The notes beneath the pieces are model-generated. The model was given only the letters and a program-made list of their open reading frames with translations, was not told where the DNA came from and searched no databases. A program made the position numbers and the translations under genes. From Dendrobates tinctorius (lineage: Eukaryota), in contig NW_027361704.1 in NCBI RefSeq assembly GCF_039654945.1, positions 13,516,001 to 13,580,000 of the forward strand: DNA of 64,000 nt, read 5' to 3'. This document shows, in pieces, positions 11,265-22,709 of this stretch. Position 1 is the stretch's first letter. Each line of letters begins with the position of its first letter.

Positions 11265-12394
11265 AAAACCTGTTGTAAATCTTTTGTGACAGGCAGAACG
11301 TAAGGTGTAATCTTATAACTTTTATAGATAAGTACTACAGGAATGCCTGTCACCATAAGAAAATGAAGAAAAAGAAGAATAGGAAGAAGATGAAGAAATA
11401 GCATATGAAAATTAATAATAGCTGAATAAGAAAAATATGAAGAATGGAAAAAAAAAATTAATGGGAAGAAGGTGAAGAAGAAGATGAATAAGGTGAAGAA
11501 AAAGTTGATGAAAAAAATGCTACTGCTGCGGATCATGAAGGAGAAAGTGTGGGAGAAGTACAAAAGAAGGTGAAGAGCATGGAAGTTGCGAAACATACAT
11601 ATCTGACTAAATATAAAAAAGTTAACATAGTCAATATCTTTTTAACTCCGAACGTCTTGAAAAAAAAAAATTGGAATTAATGCTATGCCATGTGATTTGA
11701 ATAAACCACTATGCTTTTAATGTCTCCTCCACCTCCCACAATACATTCTACATGATTCTTATTTGTTTTCAATTATGTAGAATTAGCCAACAAGGAAATA
11801 AAGGCCTTTTTTTAATTCCGATACCCGATATTTTTTTCGTGTCGGGCGATACCATCCGATACGATATTTTTGGGTATCTTACGGTATCGCTCAACACTAC
11901 AAATAATTAATTGAGTGGGGAGACAAAAGACAGCAAATGATGAATTGAAGTTGGGAGAGCAAATGATGATGAATAGAGGGTGGGAGGGAGAGAGAACATA
12001 ACATAATGAACTGGAGCGTAGGGAGGCATGTAAATATAATGAATGGGGGAGCAGGAGGTACAGAGTGGGGGGGTGTTGAAGATGCAGGAGTATGACTGAA
12101 TTTATTAGGGAAAGAATAGAGGTGCTAATTAATTTATATATTTATTGGGTGGGGAAAGTGGCCATTTATAATTTGTTTGGGGCACAATGGTGGATTACAA
12201 CTTAAATTTGCAATGCTGGGTTGAATAATAACTAATTAGATATTAATGATGGGTAAAAGTTAGGGAAAATCTTGGGAATGTGCTCTGGAAGTGGTGCTCT
12301 AGATAACTGTAATTTTAGGCAGAGATGAGTTCTGGCTGGAAGAAGTGATGGTGGTCTGCGCTGGATGCATGAATGACTTCAACTACAGATGTAA

Positions 12395-13187
12395 GGCTGG
12401 TTTCACACTTGCGTTTTTTTTGTGCTAAATAGCGCATGCGTTTTTTTTTCCTATACTTTGCATGGGATGCGCTTATGTGCGCATACACATGCGTTTGTAC
12501 GCGTTTTTCCGCGCATGCGTTTTTTTGCGTTATGCGCTCGGGCGCACAAAATGCAACCTGTCGCATTTTTGGGGCATCCGACTTGCCTCAAAAAAACGCA
12601 TGCGCGCGCAATGTGTTTTTTTACAGCAAGACACCCATTATAAGTCTATGGTGAGCATATGTGCGCATTGGCATGCTTATGTATGCTTTTTTTGCACATG
12701 CGTTTTTTTTTTACCATTAGTAAGACAATGGAATTTAGGGGTTTGGGTTAGAGTTAGGGNNNNNNNNNNNNNNNNNNNNNNNNNNNNNNNNNNNNNNNNN
12801 NNNNNNNNNNNNNNNNNNNNNNNNNNNNNNNNNNNNNNNNNNNNNNNNNNNNNNNNNNNNNNNNNNNNNNNNNNNNNNNNNNNNNNNNNNNNNNNNNNNN
12901 NNNNNGGGTTAGGGTTAGGATCAGGGTATGGTTTGGTTAAGGGTTAGGGTTAGGGTCAGGGTTAGTAAAGTCATGGTTTGGGTTAGTGTGAGGGGCCACC
13001 TGTTTGGAAAAACCGCAAACGCGGTAAAAACGCACTAAAAACGCATACAAACGCATAAAAACGCTGCGTATTTTTCATGCATGCTCATAAAAATGCTTGA
13101 AAAAAAATGCAGCAGTTGTATGCGTTTTTTCAATGCTTTTTTTGCGGGAAAAACGCGCTGCAAAAAAAAGCAAGTGTGAAACTAGCC
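12395..13187 (+). mobile_element. Harbinger-type MITE with internal telomere-like (TTAGGG) repeats; contains the assembly gap 12760-12905
   Basis: TIR ggctggtttcacacttgc / gcaagtgtgaaactagcc, TAA/TTA flanks. A reverse-oriented sibling lies at 57836-58549. Confidence 0.88.
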
Positions 13188-13399
13188 TTACTGGTTAGTC
13201 AGTGTCTTACCTGTACACTGACACTATACACTGCTTAGTACATACAGAGCTCCTGTGTATAATATCACCGGTGATCCCTGTATTACCTGTATACTGACAC
13301 TATATATTAAATACTATGTACAAAGCTCCTGTGTATATTGGTAATTTTGGTAATATTAGTATTGTGGGTTTTTTTTTTTTATTAACGATCCGAATTGTA

Positions 13400-14008
13400 G
13401 AATTTGGTCACTATGTGGCGGTAATATATGGTCTGGACATGGTGTGGTGGTATTTATTCCTTGTATGTGGTATTATTCAGTTATTATGTGGTGGTAATAT
13501 GTGGTCTACTCATGGTGCTGTGGTATTTGTTCCTTGTATGTGGTATTATTCAGTCACTATGTTGGGGTAATATGTAGTCTGGTCATGGAGTGGTGGTATT
13601 TCTCCATTGTTCATGGTATTGTATAGTCACTATGGGGTGGTAATATGTGGTCCGGCCATGGTGTGACAGTATTTATTCCTTGTGTGTGGTAATATTGGCT
13701 ATTGTAAAGAATGAATGTCAAACATTCTTTTTGAGAAAAATAAATAAAAAATATACCTAAAAACAGTTTAGGATATTTGGCCAAAAGAAAAGCTGATGAC
13801 TATGTATGTGATCTGGTGTTCAAAGGGAACTGTTAATGTGTGATTGGTGATGACGTGGTGTAGAAGTGGAGTTTTTCCAAGAGTGGGCGGTAGGACTGTG
13901 GAAGGTTTGCAGGGTGGAGGCAGATCTAGGGTGAACCCTGGACGGAGTATCAAGAGGGCCTGAAAATGTTGCCAGTATGAGGTCCTGAAATTCCTGGTGC
14001 CAGTCCTG
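13400..14008 (+). repeat. End of a non-autonomous hAT-like element with ~73-bp tandem repeats (ggtaatatgtggtctgg...)
   Basis: The same tandem unit and terminus (gaaattcctrgtg...cctg) occur again at 35520-36072. A possible left end is at about 2220 (tagggccaccatcagg), but no TSD was found. Confidence 0.6.
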
Positions 14009-14122
14009 GGTACACCTATAGCTGTACATTTTGATCTAAGCCCAATGTCATTGAAATACCTTCTGGTTATTTGTGTAGACATTGTTTGACACATTAGGCT
14101 TGGACTGTGAGGTATAATTTTA

Positions 14123-14160
14123 GCCTGATGAAGGGTCTGCCTGAGCCCTGAAAGCTTGCA
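14123..14160 (+). ncRNA. Minimal type-I hammerhead ribozyme (Penelope pLTR-like)
   Basis: GC-CTGATGA-AGGGTC(TGCCT)GAGCCCT-GAAA-GCTT-GC, with palindromic AAGCTT stem III. AATAAA lies ~25 nt downstream, and the ~254-bp unit is flanked by tgtacat direct repeats (14023-14029, 14284-14290). Confidence 0.7.
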
Positions 14161-14586
14161 AATATAATTTCTCTGGTTAGCCAATAAAGGCATCACTCCT
14201 TGAATACCTTTCTCATTTCTTTGGGACATAAGTATTTACATTGATTTTTCTGGCTAGCACAGTGCCACAATATTATTTTGTCTTGTACATCGTAACTGCA
14301 GTACAGAATTGATCACTATGGACTATGATGAAACTAACCCCTGAACAAGTCTTCACAATAAATCATTACAAAGGTCCTACACTTGATATTATGGTGTGAG
14401 GTGACAATGTATAGTAGTCACAGTGTTACATTGATTTTGTTGTGGAATCATTGGTATTGCCATTTTTCCAAAGTTTATTAATATTACGCCAAATTGCATG
14501 TTGCTTGTGTTACTAAAAGCAGCCTATGGACTGCAGGATATTTTGACTTTCTCTCCATTGAGCATCATTGGTCAGAAATTGCAAAG

Positions 14587-14818
14587 GGAGCAGCGCAGTG
14601 GCTAACACTGTTGCTTTTTCACCACTTTGGTCCTGGGTGAAAATCTTACCTACAAAGGAACACATCTGCAAAGGATTTATAAGTTCTTCCTTTGTTTTAG
14701 TGGGTTTCCTTTGGGTACCCCAGTTTCTGCCTTCACTGCAAAGACATACTGACAGGGAATTAAGATTGTGAGGTTCAATGGGGACAGTGATGTGTGTATA
14801 AAGCTGTGCAATTAAGTA
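14587..14818 (+). mobile_element. Decayed tRNA-derived V-SINE-like element
   Basis: cagtggctaacactgttgc head, central gtgggtttcct...ccagtttc...caaagacatac V-domain-like block, agattgtgag...ggggacag LINE-like tail. Confidence 0.6.
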
Positions 14819-14821
14819 GCC

Positions 14822-16810
14822 CGATGGAGATGATAATAATGTAGGCTCCAGAGTTGCCACAAATCTCCAGAGCGCCGACCTGGGCAATACGTTGCGAACG
14901 TGCATTACTAGGGGTAACTCCTGCTGGAAAGTTCCCAGGCTGAAAATGGCAGACACCCGATACGGCCCAATCACTCTAGAACTTCAGGTCTCAGTAGCAT
15001 ACTTCCACTTGATGTTTTTGGTGGACACCCACACGTATTCATTCACACACAGGTCCAGACCTGAACATTTATTTCCACGCATGCTTTTGCCCCAAGATGG
15101 TGAACTCTTTAAGGAACCGACAACAGAGGCATCCCCCTGTGTCATCAAACTTATACCCCCACTACAAACAGAAGGAACCACCACCATCCCTCACCCCTCC
15201 TCTTAAGAGGACACAGACTCAGGGTTTACTTGTGGTGAGGGTTTAGTCTTTCCCCTACTCCCTGGCAGCAACTCTGCTGCCCCCACTGGAGTAGACAGGG
15301 TAGACTGCAGAAGGACAGAGATAATAGCTCCTGGGCAGCAGTCATTGCATGACTGGCCCCAGCTGACAACTTCCATGGATCGCCAATTTATGACCGGGTT
15401 GTGTTTTTTCAAACAAGGGAGGCCTAAGACAACGGGAGTTGGCATACCGTCCAAGATGTAGCACGACAGGGACTCTTCATGATGAGTCCCTATACGCAGG
15501 TCTATATTATTTATGACTTGGGTCACCCTCCACTGGTTGAGTGGGACAGAGTCAATGGCCTGGACCCTAAGGGGTCTCGTTAGTGTCCTACCCCTCAGAC
15601 CATGAGTATGAACAAAGTGAGAATCCACCAAATAGACTTCCGTTCCACTGTCCAATAGCACCGGTATAGTCTCAGTTACCACACCAACCACCACTTCAGC
15701 AAGGATGGTGCACTGAGATGAAAAAAATGGTGAAAATATACACACCCTGGTTGCCTCCCTCCACACGACCTTGGGGACACGGCTTATTAGATGGTGATGG
15801 TACTTTTGGTGCAAGCTGGGCAGACATTGATGAAATGACCAGACTGCCCACAATAGAAACATGCCTCCACACAACGGCGAACCGCAGGCAACCCTGTTTG
15901 AGACTCCTCCTACCTGCATAGTTTGGGCCACCTGCACCAATGTGTCCTCCTCCCTCGAAAAGACAACAGGGGGCAGATTTGGTGTATGCCTCTCCCTGAG
16001 GCGTCTATCCACTCGGATAGCAAGGGCCATGGTGGCTTCCAATGACCCAGGAGTAGTGTACTGCACCAGAGTATCTTGCAGCCTAGGTGACAGACCCTGA
16101 CAAAAAAGTCTAAGGGGAGGGTCATTCCACTGCGTGTCAGTGGCCCACCTTCTAAACTCTGAGCAGTACTGCTCGGCCGGGCCCCCTGCTTGATTTTACA
16201 AAGACGAGACTCAGCCAGGGAGATGCCATCAGAATCCTCATACACCAGTGCCAATGCCGCAAAAAACTCATCCACTGACCGCAAAGATGGGGAATTGGTC
16301 GGAATGGCGATGGCCCAGGATTGAGGATCATCCTCGAGAAGGGAAAAGGGAGACTACAATCCCCACACGCTGTTCCTCACTCCCTGAGGAATGAGGGCAG
16401 AGCCTGAAGTATAATTTACTGGCCTCCTGAAAAATCAAAAATGTATCTCTCCCTCCAGAAAACCTGTCAGGGAGACATATCTTGGGTTCCAGTTGAGCCT
16501 GCACATGAGCAGAAACCCAGAACCCTGACAACTGCTGAAGCTGCTGCACCACCTGAGAGCTCCTTAAGCTCATCAGTGAGGGTCTGGATCAGTTGGGCGA
16601 AGACCTGCTATTGAGCAATGGTTCACTGGAAAAATGTGACGGTTGGTGATAATGTCACCAACGGGTTGTCGGTCAGGGAACTGTGAAACACTCACACAAC
16701 GGGATGGTATTGAGGAGAGAAAGGCCATACCTATAGGTAATGAGGGATGGTCACCACCTGAGCTCACACCTGAGCCTGTCCCTGCACTCCCCTAATGTCC
16801 TGTGTTAACA
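14822..16810 (-). mobile_element. Gypsy (RTL1/PEG10-like gag) LTR retrotransposon remnant, internally deleted
   Basis: gag EPKICLPDRFSG...GIVVSL, protease LLDSGT and PVVLGLP, then directly the integrase C-terminal WVSTKNI...IGPYRV. An LTR-like piece lies at about 16660-16810. Confidence 0.82.
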
Positions 16811-16999
16811 TTAACCCCCGCTGGCCTGAAAGGAAAAAAGTTTTAACTGAGTAGAACCAGAGCTGCCACAAATCCAAAAATGGATCGTGACACTATGATT
16901 TTCATAATTCCACAATTGTATTTCTTGAATTTGCAAATTCAAAGGTGAGGAGTGTACTTTTTTAAATTCACAACCCCAAATTGTGTAAAATACCTAAAA

Positions 17000-18858
17000 A
17001 AATAAACTCTTATTTCCTTGGATCTATCGCTGCACACCGGGAGAACTTCACTGAGGTAAATTTGAACTGCGGTGAACTCGCCTCTGCACCGTGAGACTTT
17101 TTCTCATGGTGCTGAAGTCACCACAGTTCAATGGCCTGGCTGGAACGCAGCCTCAGTGACCGGCAGTAACCTTAATGACATCACCGCTGCTTACGATTGC
17201 TGCGCTTGCAGCAGCTCATTCATCAGTGGTTCTCAGTCTGGACGATTCAATCTTGGGACCTTCCAGGTTGAAAATTAGTAATCCCCAGACAGAGTATGGC
17301 GTGGGACAGAACAACGGACAGGTGAGGTATATTGTTGTTTTTTATTTATATTTTATTACAAAAGACGAAGGATTCAATGGAATGGGTGTTAGGTGAGTAT
17401 AACTGTGTTTGTTACTTTTAAATAAAAAGGAAAACTGTGTTTTATTTTTAGTTCAAATAAAAGACTTTATTCTGGCTGTGTCTTTATTTACCATAGGATT
17501 AGTAATGGATGGGTGTCTTATAGATGCTCCTCCATTACTAATCTGTGAGTTTGATGTCACCAGACAATACAAATGTGACATCAACCCCACAAATAAGAAA
17601 CCCTACTTGCCACCACTACAAGGCAAGATGGAAGAGACAGGCCAAGCACCAGAATCGGTATATGTAGTATATGTTTTGGGTGTCACAGGGCTGCTATTTT
17701 TAGGCTGTGGGGACCAATATCCATGGTCCCTTATCAGCCTGAGAATATCAGTCCCCAGATGTCTGCTTTAGCTTGGCTGGTTGCCAAAAATGGCGGGACC
17801 CCACTCCATATTTTAAAATTTTTTATTTACAGTGCAGGCGCTGACTGATAAATACTTCCATCTGCCACTCCTGCTCACACTGTTATTAGCAGCAGTAAGC
17901 GTCGGCTGATGGGAGCAGTAGTTCCATCAGCTGACACATGTGACCAGAGGTAATCTTTATACCTCTAATCACAGCTGCAGGCTCACCCTGTCTGTGATGA
18001 TCCATTTTTGGATCTGTCAAATTCTGGATTCTCTTTTATAAACTTTTTTCCTTTCAGGCCATTGGGGGCTAATGTCAGTTTTTGCCCCCAGTGGCCGCTG
18101 GTGTTACTACATGTTTAGTTAGTCAGCAGGTGGCGACTACTCCCACATCCCTTTATAAGGCAACCTGGTGCTGCAGATCACTGGTGGTAATACTGGTCAT
18201 TTGCTAACCAACCTTGGCGAAGATTGGACCTACCTGGTGCAGAGGGGGGTTCAGCTTTTCTGGAGCAGTGGTGTTGCTGCTGGTTGCTGATCAGGTGCCT
18301 TACTCTGCTGCTTGGAGCATTGGCAGCAAATAAAGCTAAATTTTGGTTTTTAGTTGCTTTAACCCCGTGGTGTCTCATCTTTCCTTTTGTGCTATTGTTG
18401 CAGTTCATTTTATTCACTGTCTCACCTCCTGGGGAGGGGGGTTGGGGGTTTAGCTCAGGGCTAAACAGGAGATAGGGACAGGTTGGGGACTTGGGCCTCA
18501 CTATCATCAAGTGTACCCCCAAGTTAAGGAGAGTCAGGGCACCGCCTTAGCCTTAGGGGCAGTTCAGGGGCCCAGGTTCCTCTTCCCCTGTTTTCCCCGC
18601 AACTGCCCCGTGACACTGTCATTTGAAAGCGTGGGAACCACAGCTGTCTAACCGGCAGTAATGATTTTACCACCAATCAGAAACAGTATTTGCTGCGCTG
18701 TCATGCCTATGACAGCGAGACAAACACCCAGTGTTTAGGAGGGACGAACATGAACAGTAACACAGATTTCCTGGTGAAGTCCGTATTCGGTGTCCATGCC
18801 CAAACAGTAGGTGTCCAGTATGGACGCCGAACTTTACTGTTCAGGTTCGCCCATCTCA
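17000..18858. mobile_element. Non-autonomous hAT-like repeat hosting the solo LTR; related pieces at ~43480-43710, 44300-44490, 45240-45950 and 50880-51900
   Basis: Shared motifs (gacatcaacccca...cacttgccac..cagggcaag, cttggctggtt) and hAT-like terminus ggttcgcccatctc. Confidence 0.6.
17993..18615 (+). mobile_element. Solo LTR (623 bp)
   Basis: TGTGATG...GTGACA ends with an exact 5-bp TSD ctgtc (17988-17992, 18616-18620). Confidence 0.85.
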
Positions 18859-19117
18859 AATAGTAACGTCATCATGTCTGTAGTGTGCTGGGTCTTAGAC
18901 TTACAGGTGTAGACTGATTCACTATTTTATTCAATAGTATCTGTATCCTGTGAATGCAATAGTGATGATAAGCGAGGGAAGGGCCCAGTTCCAAGTGGCA
19001 CCATACCCTTTTTCCCACGACTCACAGACCCCATAGCAGCTGCATGATCAGCCACTAAATACTTTCCTTTAGGAGAGTGATGAATCAAATGAAAGATTGA
19101 AAACAATTTAATCTTAC

Positions 19118-19158
19118 CACATGTATTCTCTTTTTAACCAGATATCCTCTGTACCAGC
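19118..19158 (-). CDS. dock2: DOCK2-like exon 3 (41 bp): (G)WYRGYLVKKRIHV
   Basis: ttttttag acceptor and gtaag donor. Size and phase match DOCK exon 3, and WYRGYL is the DOCK-A SH3 motif. Confidence 0.88.
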
Positions 19159-20780
19159 CTAAAAAACAAAAAATGCATTGTAATTACAGTGTAAATTTGC
19201 AGTACAAACACATTCATCTGCTTAACATATTCGAGGGTTAATTTGTTTTGCAAAACTTTGGGGTACATTATATATAGTAAATGTCATTATTTACACTCTG
19301 TTTCTATCCTTTTGTTACTTTGTGTCGGGGCTGTCAGTCTGTCCTGGATCTGTGCTGCCATCACCTGTGTTCATTTTCTTTAATCAGGCTTCTACTTAGC
19401 ATGCTAATTCCTCCCGCCCAGTGTCAATAGAACACTTGCTGTTGCCTGTGGAACATTGATCCCTCTGCACTCTGTGCCTGACCCAGCTTGACTTGATTCT
19501 CTTCCCAGACTCTGGCCCTTTGCTTGTGACCTGACTTCTCTTGTGCATGCTCCCTGTAAACTGTTTTGCCTCACTGGCTTTCCTGACCTCGGCTCATGTA
19601 TTTGACTTTGTCTCGGATTTCCCTTTGTCGTACTGTGCCATTTCCTGGACCCGACGTCGGATTGTTTGACCTCGCTTTATTTACAATAAGTAGTATATAT
19701 ATTTATTACCATGACTCGTGTCACATTAAACCATTGTTTTACACACACTACATTTTTTATACATCATACATGTATATTTATCTGTGGTGAATTGAATATA
19801 TAACCCAGAGAAAGCCAAGTGAAACAAACAAAAACACATAAAAGCTGCAAATTAATATTCTTTAAAGTGAATTCTAATTTTTATTTATTTCTTAATTTGT
19901 TCTTTGAATCGGAAATAAAAAACAAATCTCTAGCATAGAGGTATTTAATCTATTAATGATGCAGTCAACTTTCATTTTTGCACTTTTTGGTGTTTTTCAG
20001 AGACATATAACTTTATTTTTTATAAGCAAACTATATTAGAGCTTATTTATTGCCGGACAAGTTGCATTTTTTTCTGACACCATCCATTTTGTCACATAAT
20101 AAAAAATCTGCGTGATGTGAAAAGGTGAAAATAAAGAAAGAACAATATTGACAAGTGGTTCTGTTTTGACATTTTTAGGAGTTCCATTTTTACAGCATTA
20201 ATGTTGTGGTTTAAATTTTACAGCAACAGAATTCTCCACTTTAGTATCATTACTGCAATACCAGACAAGCATACAGGTGCTTCTCACAAAATTAGAATAT
20301 CATCAAAAAGCGAATTTATTTCAGTTCTTCAAAACAAAAGGGGAAACTCGTATATTAGATAGTCGTTACAAACAAAGTGATCTATTTCAAATGTTTATTT
20401 CTGTTAATGTTGATGATTATGGCTTACAGCCAATGAAAACCCAAAAGTCATTATCTCAGTAAAATGGAATACTTTATAACACCAGCTTGAAAAAAATGAT
20501 TTTAAAATCCAAAATATTGTCCTCCTGAAATGTATATTCAGTAAATGCGCTCCATACTTGGTCTGGGGTCCTTTTGCAACAATTACTGCAGCAATGCAGC
20601 GTGGCATGGAGGCGATCAGCCTGTGGCACTGCTGAGGTGTTAAGAAAGCCCAGGTTGCTTTAATAGCATCCTTCAGCTCGTCTGCATGGTTGGGTCTGTT
20701 GTCTCTCATCTTCATCTTGGTTAATGTCAGGCGAGTTTACTGGCCAATCAAGCACAGCGATACTGTTGTTTTAAAATCAG

Positions 20781-21939
20781 AACAAACCAAAGAGAAAATG
20801 GAGCCAGGAGCAATAGATAAAATATAAGCTTTTTTATTATACTCAATAGAATAAAATACAAATTTATAGAAAAATTGGTGTGATTAATACAAATTAAGGG
20901 AATCAGCGACACCCAGTTACCACACACAGGTTTGGGTAATGGTACAAATAGCAGTATCTAAAAAAGGCATGTAACAATGAAAAAAGCAGACTCCCTCTTT
21001 ATTATCCCTTAAATATAGTATGGAAATAATCCTCAAGTAGGAACCTGATAACCACAGGTGACCCCTACGCACGTTTTGCTTCTTGCTTCTTTGGGGGGGC
21101 GAAGCAAGCAAGAAGCGAAACGTGCGGAGGGGTCCCGCAGTCCACACTACAGATAGGTTGCTACTTGCTCCAAAACTTATTATTGATTCTTAGGCATTTA
21201 TAAATCTCTGGCTCTTTCTTTTCCAGTATCTACTACTTTTTATATTGGCTGACAGCCTTTCTGCCTGTGGTTATCAGGTTCCTACTTGTACACAGTATCC
21301 TCTCAGTGTTTACATAAAGTGCATAGTGCATAAAAAGCGGTCACAAAAATAGGACTAAGCCAAATATATAAAGGGGAATGTATAATCGTACATTAATTAC
21401 TGCCAGTATCTAAAGTAGATAAAAGTATCTGCCTGTGTGAAAAAGGTTTATATAGTATGGAAATAATCCTCAAGTAGGAACCTGATAACCACAGGCAGAA
21501 AGGCAAGTAGCAACCTATCTGTAGTGTGGACTGCTTGACCCCTACGCGCGTTTCGCTTCTTGCTTGTTTTGCGCCCCGAAGAAGCAAGAAGCGAAACATG
21601 CGTAGGGGTTACCTGTGGTTATCAGGTTCCTACTTGAGGATTATTTCCATACTATATTTAAGGGATAATAAAGAGGGAGTCTGCTTTTTTCATTGTTACA
21701 TGCCTTTGTTTAGATACTGCTATTTGTACCATTACCTAAACCCGTGTGTGGTAACTGGGTGTCTCCGATTCCCTTAATTTGTATTTCTCACACCAATTTT
21801 TCTATAAATTGTTTTTTATTCTATTGAGTATAATAAAAAAGCTTATATTTTATCTATTGCTCCTGGCTCCGTTTTCTCTTTGGTTTCTATATTGCTTTAA
21901 TGGACGAACTTTATTATTGATTGTCTCCTTGTGGTATTT
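20781..21939. mobile_element. Penelope-like inverted pLTR structure with hammerhead remnants
   Basis: 15-bp TSD ttgttttaaaatcag (20766-20780, 21940-21954). The outer arms (about 20783-21095 and 21575-21888) are reverse complements, and there are four gaagcaagaagcgaaac...gtagggg pieces. Confidence 0.75.
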
Positions 21940-22085
21940 TTGTTTTAAAATCAGGTATTGGTGCTTTTGGCATTGTGGATAGAAGCCAAGTCCTGCTGGA
22001 GAATGAAATTTCCATTTCCAAAAAACTTATCTGCAGAGGGAAGCATGAAGTGCTCTAAAATCTCCTGGTAGACGGCTATGCTGAA

Positions 22086-22709
22086 ACTACCACGCAGAGC
22101 AGGGTGACTTACCCACACTATGGGAGAGCACGGGGTCCAATACTGTTGTGAAAGTTCTGAGCACGGGACCTGCGACACTAAAGGTAGTATACAGTACCAG
22201 GCGTGGCTTAGCGTCCTGCTGCAGTAGATGACTGTAGGATTCTATTACAGGAATCCTGAAGTGAAGATTAGGTGAACTCAGGTCAGACAAGGGGGGGGGT
22301 CATACACAGAGAGGGCAGAGTGATACCAGAGGAGCAAGCAGAGAACAGTCAGAACGTAAGCAATGAGTCATACACAGAGATAGCAACGCGGTACAAGGGA
22401 GGCAGTCAGAGAGTAGTCAGTTCCAAGGCAAAAGAGTCATACACGGGAATAGCAGAGCAGTACCAAAGGAACAGGCAGAACTCATAACGGACAGAACAGG
22501 GTCAAAACCAAACAAGCATAAAGTATCACAGTCACAAGGCACACGTACGCACAAGGTCAACTAACTCAGCCGAGGGCAGGAGTATAACTGACACCGGACC
22601 TAGGTCGAGTGAGCATTAAATAGCCGCCCTCTGCCAGAGAGAGGCAGAAACAATTAACCCCTGTCTGACCAGGACGGGCTAAAGAGAAACCCCATCCTGG
22701 ATCATGACA
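22086..22709 (-). mobile_element. LTR-like arm related to the 46163-47336 palindromic element
   Basis: Ends ccccatcctggatcatgaca, the reverse complement of the tgtcatgatccaggaygggg terminus. About 250 bp are near-identical to the 47090-47336 arm. Confidence 0.75.

Larger units (their letters stand above)
2587..11899 (+). mobile_element. hAT-1: complete 9.3-kb hAT DNA transposon (includes a nested CR1)
   Basis: TIR TAGTGTTGAGC (from 2587) / GCTCAACACTA (to 11899), exact 8-bp TSD caaataat (2579-2586 and 11900-11907), ccgata subterminal repeats at both ends, internal hAT transposase. Confidence 0.95.

Noticed and set aside
10730-11596. K/Q/D-rich and F-rich ORFs
   Set aside because: They are translations of purine-rich low-complexity sequence with no domain signal.
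12735-12965. True telomere or chromosome-fusion site
   Set aside because: The hexamers are degenerate and enclosed by MITE TIRs, and a sibling copy has the same array.
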